NCBI GenBank assembly: GCA_000388065.2 | Contig: KB932207.1 | Origin: Fonticula alba ATCC 38817 | Lineage: Eukaryota; Protista; Nucleariida | Length of the DNA: 23,287 bases | Reading direction: 5' to 3' (one strand) | Shown: in pieces, positions 10,400 through 20,904 of the stretch | Position numbering within the stretch: the stretch's first letter is position 1 | Layout of the letters: every line of letters begins with the position of its first letter | Notes under the pieces: model-generated | What the model was told of the DNA's origin: nothing | Seen by the model: only the letters and a program-made list of their open reading frames with translations | Database searches by the model: none | Position numbers and translations under genes: made by a program

Positions 10400-12753
10400 A
10401 TGACCGCTACCCATTCGGGGTTCCAGCCCCCCCCTGCGCCGCCGGGCTCGGCGGCCCCCATGCCGCCGGCTGTCGACGAGGTCCGCCCCGGCGCCGAGAC
10501 ACCAGTAGGCCTCCGGAAGAACCTGTCCTACCGCTTTGGCAACTGGTTTGTCAACGAGGGGCCAAAGGTACGCGCACATCCTCCTCTCTCTGATCCCCTC
10601 GTCCCGGCCCGCCCCCCTCCCCCCCTCCCGGCATTGCCACAGACACTCACCCGCCCCATCGCCGGCCAGGCCTTCTTCCTCGTCATCTGGACGGCCGTCA
10701 ACCTGGCCCTCTTCCTGGACAGGTTCTTTTTCTTCCGGAACTCGGCCTCCTGGTCCAACATGCGGGACATCATCGGTGATGGGCTGCCCTGGGCACGCGG
10801 GTCGGCCCAGGTCCTGAACTTCAACTGCGGCATCATCCTGCTGACGGTGTGCCGCAACCTGATCACCTATGTCCGGCGGATCCCCGGCATCCGGCGTCTG
10901 GTGGACAAGCACATCACCTTCCACCGGGCCGTGGCCTGGACCATTGCCTTCGCCACGTATGTCCACGTCGGGGCACACTACTTCAACTTCCTGCACATCG
11001 AGCAGGCCACGCCGGAGGCCCGCAAGCGGGCCCTCCTCCCGGACGAGGGCACTGCCCTGCAGGTGGCCGTGTCGGCGGTGGCCGGCTGGACCGGGCACCT
11101 GCTGGTGCTGGTCATGTTCGTCATGTACACGGCCGCCGTGGAGGGCGTCCGGCGGAAGTACTTCGAGCTCTTCTGGTTCAGCCACCACCTGTTCGTGGTC
11201 TTCTTCGTCCTGCTGCTGGGACACGGCGCGCAGTGCCTGCTGCGTCCGCAGAATGCTGGCGCGGTACGCAGACCCTGGCACGCATGTGCCCACACATCCG
11301 GCCGATCACCGTTGGCGCCCCGCTGCTGGCCCGCACTCGCCCCCCCCCCCCTTCCATCCCAGTGTGAGTCTGACCCTCCTCCTCCCCGCCCCCCCCCCCC
11401 TCTCCCCCCTTCATGTGTGCTCCTGCTCCCCCGGTCGAATTCACAGGGGTACATTTGCATCCCGGCCACCTGGAAGTGGGTTCTCCTGTCGCTGGTGGTC
11501 TACCTGCTGGAGCGCATGATCCGCGAGATCCGTGCTCGGCGCACGACCACCATCGCCAAGGTCATCCAGCATCCCTCGCGTGTGGTGGAGATCCAAATGA
11601 ACAAGCCCAGCATGACCTATCGCTCCGGGCAGTACCTGTTCCTTAACTGCCCGGACATCAGCCGCTTCGAGTGGCATCCCTTCACCATCAGTAGCGCCCC
11701 GGAGGAGGGCCACGTCAGCTGCCATATCCGCCTTGCCGGCGACTGGACCAGTACGTCTGCCACACATCGCCATGTGGTGGGCTGCCCGGCCTGCCTGGGC
11801 CCCCCCCCCTCCTCCCTGGGGCTTGCCTTTCCCCCGGCCACCGGCCGGCTCCACGCTTCCCTCCCCCTCCCCTCCCCCATGATTTCGAGATCGCTGACGC
11901 CGTCTGCCCTCCCCCCGCTGCTCCGACCAATGTCCCCTGTAGCCGCTTTCGCCCGGCGCCTCGGCTGCACATTCGACGGTGCTCCCGGCAACAATGGCCT
12001 CACCCTGCCGCAGGTGTACATCGACGGGCCCTTCGGTGCGGCCTCCGAGGATGTCTTCAAGTATGATGTACGTGCCGCACGTGTCCCGGGGCGGCGCGCG
12101 CACGCGGATCCCCGCCCTTTCTCGCCTGCCTGCCTGCCTGCCTGCCTGCCTGACACCCACGTCGCCCTCTTGTCCTTTTTTCCTCTCTACATGGTCCCCC
12201 CTCGCTCCCGCCCCCGCTCCCGCCCCCGCTCCCGCCCCCGCCCCCGCTCTAGGTGGCTGTCCTGATTGGCGCCGGCATCGGTGTCACTCCCTTCAGCTCG
12301 GTGCTCAAGTCCATCTGGTACCGGGTGGTCTCGCCCAACACCAAGGTCAAGCTGAAGAAGTGCTACTTCTTCTGGATCTGCCGGGACACCGGGGCCTTCG
12401 AGTGGTTCCACGACCTGCTGCGCGCCCTGGAGGCCGAGGACATTGGCAACTTCTTGGAGATCCACATCTACCTGACCGGCGGCCTGAAGCTGGACCAGGT
12501 GAAGAACATCATGGTCAACGACCGGGCTGGCCTGGAGGATGGCCTGACCGGGCTCAAGAGTCCCACCCGCTACGGGCGTCCCGACTGGGACACCATCTTC
12601 GGCAACATGGGGGTCCAGCACCCGGATACGGAGATCGGTGTCTTCTTCTGCGGTCCCAAGCCCCTGAGCAGTGCCCTGCACATTGCCTGCAACAATGCCA
12701 CCAGCAGCAAGAAGGGTGGTGCCAAGTTCTACTACCAGAAGGAGAACTTCTGA
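10400..12753 (+). CDS. NOX: NADPH oxidase catalytic subunit, gp91phox/NoxA-B type without EF-hands, 563 aa; exons 10400-10567, 10670-11263, 11447-11750, 11943-12067, 12253-12753
   Basis: GNWFVNEG N-terminal motif; haem-ligating His pairs in HITFH...VHVGAH and SHHLF...LLGHG; FAD motif WHPFTISSAP; DGPFG, GAGIGVTPF, FFCGP and C-terminal KENF. Four GT-AG introns; CDS is 1692 nt. Confidence 0.97.
12196..12250. repeat. Intronic 12-nt tandem repeat (CCCCCGCTCCCG)x about 4
   Basis: Directly visible at the 3' end of NOX intron 4. Confidence 0.85.
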
Positions 12754-12891
12754 TGGACCCTCGACCCCGGGCGCCGGCACACGCATCCACACACCCGCGC
12801 ATATGCATGCCGGGCATCGGCGCGGGTGGGTGCCCACACAGACACACACGGACACACCCGCGCACCTGCGTGCGGCCATTCGTCCGGTGGC

Positions 12892-12925
12892 AATACAAAG
12901 AGAAACCTTTGCCCCAGTGTGTATT
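12892..12925. terminator. Back-to-back candidate polyadenylation signals, AATACA on + (12892-12897) and on - (12925-12920)
   Basis: One hexamer per strand, each correctly oriented downstream of the convergent NOX and DHHC stop codons. Confidence 0.5.
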
Positions 12926-12978
12926 CCCCTGTTCTACCCCACACGGAGCTTTGTGGATGGGGGACAGAGGCGTGCACA

Positions 12979-14744
12979 TCATTGCGCCTCGTCCAGCTTT
13001 TGCTGGAAGTTCCGCCGATTTGGGTAGGACCAGCCCTCTCCATAATCCAGCGGGGGGACCGGCACCGGAAGGAGGAGCTCCAGATACCGCCTAATATGCG
13101 CGTGCGTGTGCGCGTGCGCGTGCGTGTGCATGTCGGGAGGGGGGGGGGGGAGGGCGGGAGGGGAAAGCGTGAGAACCGTGAATTGGTGGCCGGAAGGGAG
13201 GAGGGATACGCACCGCCGGCTCGTCAGACGGAAGAAAACGCGCAGATTGTTGAAGAACCCCACGTCAAAGGGATTCTCCTCGCAGGGGTCCACCGTGTCT
13301 GGGCTGTTGGGGGCGACGGCCATCAGATCCGTCATGCCAATGCGCCAGTTCCCGTGGTACTCCAGCTGGGACTTGCCCATGGAGGCCAGGTACAAATTCC
13401 AGAAGAGAAGGGCCAGCGTCGGGAAGAAAATGATCAGCGCCAGGAAGAAGGACAGGTTCAGGAAGAAGGACGTCCAGGGGGAGCTGAAGATGGCCGGGTC
13501 GAAGCCGTGGTACTATGTGCGCGCGGCGCTCACGAATTAGCGTGCGGGAAGAGGCGCGTGCGGGGGCCGGGGCAGCGGGGTGCGCCTGTGCCGTGGGTGG
13601 GTCGAAAGAGGGAAGGCAGCAAGGGCGGAAGGGGGGCGGGCAGGGGGTGCAGGACCACACAACACGCACCGGCCGGTCGAAGTAGTGCGACAGGATGAAG
13701 GGAAGGCACTTGTAGGAGAAGTATGCGCAGGCCAGCGTCAGGTAGGCCAGGAACAGGACAAAGTACCGGTGGTTGTTGGCTCCGACACAGGTGGCAATCC
13801 AGGCTGGTGGGGGATAGGTGCGGGCGAAGGTCAGCATCAGCGCGGGACGATGCCATGGCGGACGAGGCGGGGAGGACAAGGAAAAAGAGGGGGAGGGGGA
13901 AGCACTGCCAGATTTGACCGTGCTCCTCTTGCCCCCGCGTATGCCTCTTCTTCCTTCTTTTTTTTTTTTTTCGACGCACGACAGTGGTGGTCCATGCGGT
14001 GAACGCAGCTGTTGATCGAGGCACGGAGATGGCAGGCGGGTCAGGCAGCGGCACACCGAGACGCGGACAGACGGAGAGGCAGGGAGACGGAGGGGCAGAG
14101 AGGCAGACCGCCGGAAGGGCCGAGGGACACAGACAAAAAGGGAGCAGGCCTCTCGGCACGCACCGGTCACAAATGCTGCAGTGGTGCGACCGCGGCGGCC
14201 GGGCCTGGTCACAGCGCCGGCAGTGGTCGCGCGACCCGGGCCCAGCCCGGCGCCCGGCCTGGAGGAAGGGCTCGGCCGGGTTGTCCCCGAGGCTGCCCTC
14301 GGCGGGGCCGAGGTCCTCCGGCGCGGGGGCCGAGAGGTCGCTCATCAGCATGTCGGCCAGGGCCTCCTGCCGGTGCATCGGGACATAGCTCTTGGCCATG
14401 ATGGCCATGTAGAAGTTGAACCACATGCAGGCACAGATCCACACGGCCACGGCCAGGTCCAGCAGGAGACCCACCGTCCGGCCGGGGGTCATCTCGGGCA
14501 GGGGCATCCCCCCGCGCGAGTAGTCCGGCACCAGGGGGGTCCCATCCGGCCCGAGGGCAAAGAAGTACCGCAGCCGGACGACAAAAACAAAGTAGAAGAT
14601 CGTCACCGTCCCCAGCAGGCCGATGGCGAAGGTGACCAACATGGGGCCGAGCGCGCGGAGGCCCTTGTCGGCCACCCGGTTGAGGAATCGCCGGTGCCGC
14701 GAGAAGAGCATCTCCAGGGCACCGAAAATGGCCTTCGCGCTCAT
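12979..14744 (-). CDS. ZDHHC16: DHHC palmitoyltransferase, ZDHHC16-like, 384 aa; exons 14744-14164, 14008-13980, 13803-13670, 13512-13214, 13090-12979
   Basis: Spliced Cys-rich domain [44 protein letters not shown], four TM segments and NPFDVG motif; CDS is 1155 nt. The subfamily call rests on recalled resemblance of the N-terminal and LLLP...GxxW C-terminal segments to ZDHHC16 and is less certain than the family call. Confidence 0.92.
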
Positions 14745-15194
14745 GGGGGGCGGGCGGGCGGGCGGGCAGGCGTGCGACGCGAACGGAGACCCGGGGCCGA
14801 GGAAGAACGAGGGGGATGCGGCACAGGAGGCGCAGTAGAAAGGAGCAGGAGGGGAGGGAGGAGGAGCAGGGGCAGGAGGGGGGGGGGGGGGACCTGCAAG
14901 AATGGGGCGCGAGTGGACCAGCCACCAGCGGATGGCCGATTGCCCGGCCACAATGCGGGATCCACACCGGTGACTAAGGGGGGCGCAAGCGCGTGCGCGC
15001 GTGACCACCATGCATCGGGGCCCCGGCCCGATTGGCCGCGTCGCGTTGGGCATTTAATCAGCGCCCCCAGCAGGCCGGCCGGCCGCCCCGGGCCTGGGCG
15101 GCACCCGCTCCATGCGCCTCTTGCCTGTCGCCCCCTGCCCTTCCTCCACCCCCCTCCCCCTCCGCCCCGCCCCCGCCCCCCTCGCTGCCACACC
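14745..15194. promoter_or_regulatory. Shared divergent promoter region of the DHHC and AUH genes, with a CCAAT element (ATTGG 15031-15035)
   Basis: Head-to-head start codons 450 nt apart; GATTGGC and TTTAAT lie mid-interval. Function is inferred. Confidence 0.5.
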
Positions 15195-16627
15195 ATGCTC
15201 GCTCGGACTTCGCAGTTTGCCCGCTCGATCCACCTGTCGGTCCTCCGGGCCCCGGCCACCACCGCGGCCCTTGGCCGGCGCTTCGAGTCGTCGCTGGCTG
15301 CGCCCAAGGCGGCCGATGGCTCCGACGAGGAGGTTTTCGTCACGCACCTGCAGGGCGCCGACCAGGGCGTGGCCGTTCTGTCGATGAACCGCCCGGCGGC
15401 CAAGAACGCCCTGAGCAAGAAGCTGCTGGCCGACATTCGTGCCACTGTGGATCGCCTGCGCTCGGACAGGTGCGTGTGATGTCCTACCCTGGCGCCTCCG
15501 CCCCCCGGTGCCACATGCGTCTATGTGTGTGTGTGTTTGTGTGTCGCGCGCGCAGCTGCTTGTGCGGCCGTATGCGCAGTGGCACACGCAGTTACACCCA
15601 CACGCCGGCATACGCTCACACTCGCTCTCTCTCTCTCACACACACACACACATTTACATGTGCGCGCCGCAGCTCTGTTCGCGTCCTCATCCTTCGCTCC
15701 CATGTGCCCGGGGCTTTTTGCGCCGGGGCCGACCTGAAGGAGCGCGCCACCATGCCGGCCCACGAGGTGTCGGACTTCGTCCACGGCATCCGGTCCCTCT
15801 TCAACGACATTGAGAACCTCCCCTTCCCGACGATCGCCTCGCTGGATGGCGCCGCCTTCGGTGGTGGCCTCGAGATGGCCCTGGCGTGTGACTTCCGCAC
15901 GGCTGGCGCCGGCGCCCGTCTGGCCCTGAGCGAGACCAAGCTGGCCATCATTCCCGGGTGCGCGAACACCAAGCCGCCCCCACCGGCCTCGCTGGCCTGT
16001 CCTCTCGTTTGCTGACATGCATGCATATGCCTCCGCCTCCATGCGCGCTCCTGGCATGGCCGCCGCGCTTTTCCCCCCAGCGCCGGCGGTACCCAGCGTC
16101 TTCCCCGGCTGGTGGGCATGCACATGGCCAAGAAGATGATCTTCACTGCCAGTCCGGTGAACGCCTCCACCGCCGAGTCCATCGGTCTGGTCACCGAGGC
16201 CGGCGAGCAGGCATACCCCCTGGCCCTGAACCTTGCCCGGCAGATTCTGCCCCAGGGTGCGTGTGTCTGATCTGCTGTCTTTTTCCTTTTCTCCTTGCCC
16301 CCCCCCCCCCTCGCCCTTCTCGCGACCGCCTGCCGGTGCAGGCCCTCGCCCCGCCCCACGCCCCTCCTCTCTCTCCCGCGCTCGCTCCGTCAATTGACCG
16401 GCTCCCCTGCATGCGCGCGTGAAAAAAAAAACCGACCAAACCAACTGCCAGGCCCCATCGCCATCCAGGCGGCCAAGGTTGCCATCAGCAAGGGCGCCGG
16501 CACCGACCTGGCCACCGGCCTGGCCATCGAGCAGGCCTGCTACCATCGCGTCATCCCGACCAAGGACCGCCTTGAGGGCCTGCAGGCCTTCCGCGAGAAG
16601 CGCGCCCCGGTCTACAAGGGCGAGTGA
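15195..16627 (+). CDS. AUH: Mitochondrial methylglutaconyl-CoA hydratase (AUH-like crotonase), 303 aa; exons 15195-15469, 15673-15957, 16081-16256, 16452-16627
   Basis: Arg/Ser-rich presequence-like N-terminus; [70 protein letters not shown]. Both catalytic Glu are present; CDS is 912 nt. Confidence 0.93.
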
Positions 16628-17094
16628 GTGCATGTCCGCCGTCGCCGCCCCCGCCCCCGCCCCCCTCCGCCTCCCCTCCTTGTGTGTGTGGGGGGGGGGG
16701 GGCGTCATGTTGAGTGGGTGGGTGTGTGTGTGTGGCCACAGCTCGCCTAGAAACAAGGCGCCCATGCCTGCACTGCAAGCGCGCACAGAGACGCCAGCGC
16801 TGGCACAAAAATACACACGCGAACCCACGACCGTGCGCGTGCAAAGGGGCCCAACAACACCAATGACAATGGCGGCCAGGAGGAGGAGCACACAATGGCG
16901 CGTATATTTCTCGGGGATGCGCGCACGCGCGCACAAGGACGGCAAAAGGGGAGGGGGGAGTCAAGGAGGAAGTGCACACCTGGGGAGGTGCGAGATATAT
17001 GGTACAAACTGGGCGTGTGTGGGTGCGTGTGTTTTACATAACCATGCGAGGGAGGGGGAGAAAGGGAGGGGGGAGGGGGAGAAAGGGAAGGAGC

Positions 17095-17123
17095 GGGGGG
17101 GGGGGGGGGGGGGGGGGGGGGGG
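17095..17123. repeat. Poly-G homopolymer (about 29 nt)
   Basis: Directly visible between the convergent AUH and DDX21 genes. Confidence 0.9.
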
Positions 17124-17503
17124 AGGGGGGACCTTCAATCAGGAAAGAAGAGGATACGCCCCCCCCGGGAAGCTGTGTGCAGATAGGCAATGCTTGGGTG
17201 CGTGCAGGAGGCCGTTAGGACAGCCTCCAGGACAATGGAAGCAGAGGCACGAGCATCGTTCAGGGGAACGCCCTCGAAGGCGATGGCCATGACGTTCTCC
17301 TCGAAGTCGAGGAGCGCTTCGGCGTCGAAGGTGGTGCGAGAGCCGGAGCTGCCGCGGAAGCCGCCACGGCCGCCACCGCGACCGGCGCAGATAAAGACGC
17401 AGGGGGGAGCCCACACAGGGGGGGGGAGGCGGAGGACGGCGGAAGCCGGCCTCAGGAGTCTACTACAGGAGGGAGGATGATACACACACACACTGCTGCG
17501 CGT

Positions 17504-19968
17504 TTACCAGCGCCCGCCACCACGGCCGCCGCCGCGACCGCCGCCGAAGCCGCCGCCACGGCCGCCGCCGAAGCCACCGCCACGGCCGCCGCCGAAGCCG
17601 CCACCGCGACCGCCGCCGAAGCCGCCACCGCGACCGCCGCCGAAGCCACCGCCGCGGCCGCCGCCGCCGAAGCCGCCACGGCCGCCGCCGCCGAAGCCAC
17701 TGTTGTCCTCCAGCTCCGGCAGCTCAGTGCACACGGTGAGGGTGGTCCGGGCGTCGGACCAGGACTCCTCGGCGAACTGGCACTGGTCCAGCGGGATGTC
17801 GAACAGGGCCTGGGTCTTGTCACGAGAGAGCTTCATGTTGCGGACGCAGGGCCGGAAGTCCGGGCCCCAGTTGCGCTCAACCAGCGACCAAGCCAGGCTC
17901 GGCGTGCGCATGGGCTCGCTGAAGGTCATGGCATAGGTGCGGAAGCCACTCTGCGAGCTGAGCAGCGAGCGCTCCTCGATCTGGGTCGTCTGGCCGGAAA
18001 TGACAGCCAGGGCGGCCGACAGGGTGTCCACCGGGCAATGGTCCTCCAGGTACTTGCTGACGGTCTCGCGGAAGAGCGGCAGCACGGCCGGGTCCACGGC
18101 GGCCAGACCCTGCAGAGCGTCGCGGGTGGCGGCCTTGACGATGTCCTGCTGCTGGGGGGCACCAATCCGACGGAAGGTGATCTTGTTCCGGCGCTCGATG
18201 TTGGTCAGCAGGTACTCCTGCTGGGGGGTGAAGAAAACAATGGCAATGCCGCTCTTGCCGGCGCGGCCAGTCCGGCCGGACCGGTGGACATAGTCCTCGC
18301 TGCGCTCGGGCGGGTCGCACTGCACCACCAGGTCCACCTCGGGAATGTCGATACCGCGGGCGGCCACGTCGGTGGCGATCAGGCACTTGATCTTGCCGTC
18401 GCGGAAGCGAGCGAGCGACTGCTCGCGCTGGGCCTGGGTGATGTCACCATGGAGGGCGACACACTCGTTCTGGATCAGACGGTCCAGGGCCAGGTCGTTG
18501 GCCTCGCGCTTGGTGTTGGTGAAGACAATGGTGCGGCCGTGCTGACCGGAGTAGACTGGCGGCGGGCGGGCGGGCGGGCGGACGGGCGGACGGGCGAGGG
18601 GAACGAGTGTCAATGAGCATACCCGGAGAGAGCAGTGCCGGCCGGGGGGGGGCGCACAGTTGGCAGCAAACGAGGCAGAGGAAGCAGAGGAAGCAGGCAT
18701 ACGCACCGCGGATGACGTCACGCAGGGTGGAGGCACGCTCGGAGAAGGGGCACCGGATGGCCAGATGCTCGATGGTGTTGGAGGTCTGGTTGCCATCCGA
18801 GTGGACCAGGTTCACATGGACACGCTCGCGACGCAGGTACTTGCTGGCCACGGACTTGACCCAGGTGGGCATGGTGGCCGAGAACATGATGGTCTGCGGG
18901 CGGTTGGGGAAGTCCTCCGGCACGGCGCCATTGCCGGACTCCTGGCCGTCCGGGTGGTACAGGGTAAAGAGGATCTTGTCGATGGCCTCGGCGAAGCCCA
19001 CCTCCAGCATCCGATCCGCCTCATCGAGCACCACATACTTGATGGAAGACAGGCTCAGCCGGCCGCGGTCCAGCAGGTCCTGAATGCGCCCCGGGGTGCC
19101 GGCAATCACGTCCACGCCCTGGCTCAGCATGCGCTCCTGCGGCTCGTACGGCGTGCCACCGTAGACGGTCATCATGCGCAGCGACCGGCTGCCCACCAGC
19201 GACCCGAGCTCCGAGTCGATCTGCTTGGCCAGCTCGCGGGTCGGGGCCATGATGATGCACACCGGGCCGCGGCCGCGACCGGAGCGCGGCTGCTCGAACA
19301 GGCGCTCCATCAGCGGCAGGCCGAAGGAGATGGTCTTGCCGGAGCCGGTACCTGTACATGCCGGCACAGGGGCCGGGGCCGGGGCAGGGGCAGGGGCAGC
19401 GAAAGACATCGCGTTAGTGCGAGAGGGTTAGCGAGCCGCCAGGAAGAGCGTGAAGCGCGGGGAAGTGTGCCACAGCCGGGGCCCGGTCCGGCCCGGCAGG
19501 GGGGGGGGGGGGGGGGAAGCACGCACGAGCCTGGCCGATGACATCCTTGCCGTCGTAGATGGCGTCGTAAGTCTGTGCCTGGATGGGGAAGAGGGCGGTG
19601 ATGTTGCGCTTGGCGAACTGGGACACGGTCTCCTTGGAAATGCGGAAGTTGGTCAGGGCCAGAGGGTTGGGCTTCTCGGCCTCCTCGACCTCCTCGACCT
19701 CCTCGACCTCCTCGGTGGCGGCCTCGGCGGCGGCCTCGGAGGACTTCTTGTCCTTCTTATCCTTCTTGTCCTTCTTGTCCTTCTTGTCCTTCTTGTCCTT
19801 CTTCTCGCTGCCGTCAGACTTCGAGCGCTTGGAGGAAGGCTCCTCCTCCGAGGAGGAGGAAGACTTGCGCTTCTTGCTGTCCTTCTTGGAGAGGGGAGCA
19901 GCGGCCTCGGTGGCGGCACCGGCCTCGGCGGCCGTGGCGTCAAGGAGAGCCTTGTCGGAAGAAGACAT
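17504..19968 (-). CDS. DDX21: DDX21/DDX50-like nucleolar DEAD-box RNA helicase with GUCT-like region and RGG tail, 712 aa to the first stop; exons 19968-19527, 19351-18707, 18555-17504
   Basis: Q motif LFPIQ, ARTGSGKT, PTRELAKQ, TPGRI, DEAD, SAT, ATDVAARGIDI, YVHRSGRTGRAG; basic/acidic N-terminus; (GGGRGGGF)n tail; CDS is 2139 nt. The 3' end is uncertain (see findings). Confidence 0.92.
17510..17699 (-). repeat. Imperfect 24-nt coding tandem repeat encoding GGGRGGGF (RGG/FGG box)
   Basis: About seven copies of ggcggcggtcgcggtggcggcttc-like units at the helicase C-terminus. Confidence 0.9.
19744..19804 (-). repeat. 9-nt coding repeat encoding (KKD)n, probable nuclear/nucleolar targeting tract
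   Basis: Tandem cttcttgtc on the + strand in helicase exon 1; the targeting function is inference. Confidence 0.8.
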
Positions 19969-20635
19969 GGTCAAGGGGGAAGGGGAGGGAAAGGAAGGGG
20001 AGGGGAGGGAGGTGGAAGGATGTGCGTGCGTTCAAGCGGCGAGTTTTCGATGCGTAGAAAGAAAAGTCGGGGGAAGAGGGGCTTGGCAGACGTGAGTGGT
20101 GCGGGCAGTGGGGGCCAGTCCACAGAGGGCGGGGGCATGCTGTGCGGGCCCTTCAGTGAGTCGCTTTGGTGGACACGGGCCAGGGGGAGGGGGACGCCCA
20201 AGGCGGTGCAACTGCCCGTGAGCAGCCGCACCTGGCAAGACGGTCTCCACTCACACACACACACACACACATACACACATACACACACACACACACGCGC
20301 GCGTGCGCGCCTCCTGCCCCGCCGCCTGAGGCAGTGGAGTCCGCATGGACCACACTCCGCCCTCGGCCGGGTACCAGGAGGGGGGGNNNNNNNNNNNNNN
20401 NNNNNNNNNNNNNNNNNNNNNNNNNNNNNNNNNNNNNNNNNNNNNNNNNNNNNNNNNNNNNNNNNNNNNNNNNNNNNNNNNNNNNNNNNNNNNNNNNNNN
20501 NNNNNNNNNNNNNNNNNNNNNNNNNNNNNNNNNNNNNNNNNNNNNNNNNNNNNNNNNNNNNNTGCACACACACATCCACACACGCACATGCCCGGCCATC
20601 AAACAGGGCGGATGGGGTGCCCTCTTGTCTTGCCG

Positions 20636-20673
<38 letters not shown>
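20636..20673. repeat. Poly-C homopolymer (about 38 nt)
   Basis: Directly visible in the DDX21-RIB4-like intergenic region. Confidence 0.9.
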
Positions 20674-20674
<1 letters not shown>

Positions 20675-20904
20675 CCCGTCCCCCCTGCCCCACCGCGCCA
20701 GGCCACACACCCACGAGGCCCGCGAAGTGCCACCGGACGATGGTGACATGTGACAAGTGGAATCAACAGGTGCCGTGCTGGTGTTAACTGTATTGGTCTT
20801 CGATGATAGACCGGCAGCGAGCCCTCAGAGCTCCAGAACAAGGAAAAGAAGAGGGGAGAGAGGAAGGAAGACCGAGGGAGGGGGAGCGGCGCCGGCCAGG
20901 CACA

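Noticed and set aside
10087-10593. Out-of-frame upstream ATGs (10087, 10264) whose ORF overlaps the NOX start
   Set aside because: The TSS is unknown, so they may not be transcribed; the peptide is low-complexity and there is no supporting evidence.
17510-17699. Regular repeats resembling a CRISPR array or minisatellite element
   Set aside because: There are no unique spacers; this is the in-frame RGG coding repeat of the helicase in a eukaryotic gene.
20041-20056. GAGTTTTCGATGCG upstream of DDX21, loosely like the fungal RRPE/PAC ribosome-biogenesis motifs
   Set aside because: It is a single imperfect match to both motifs and cannot be distinguished from chance.
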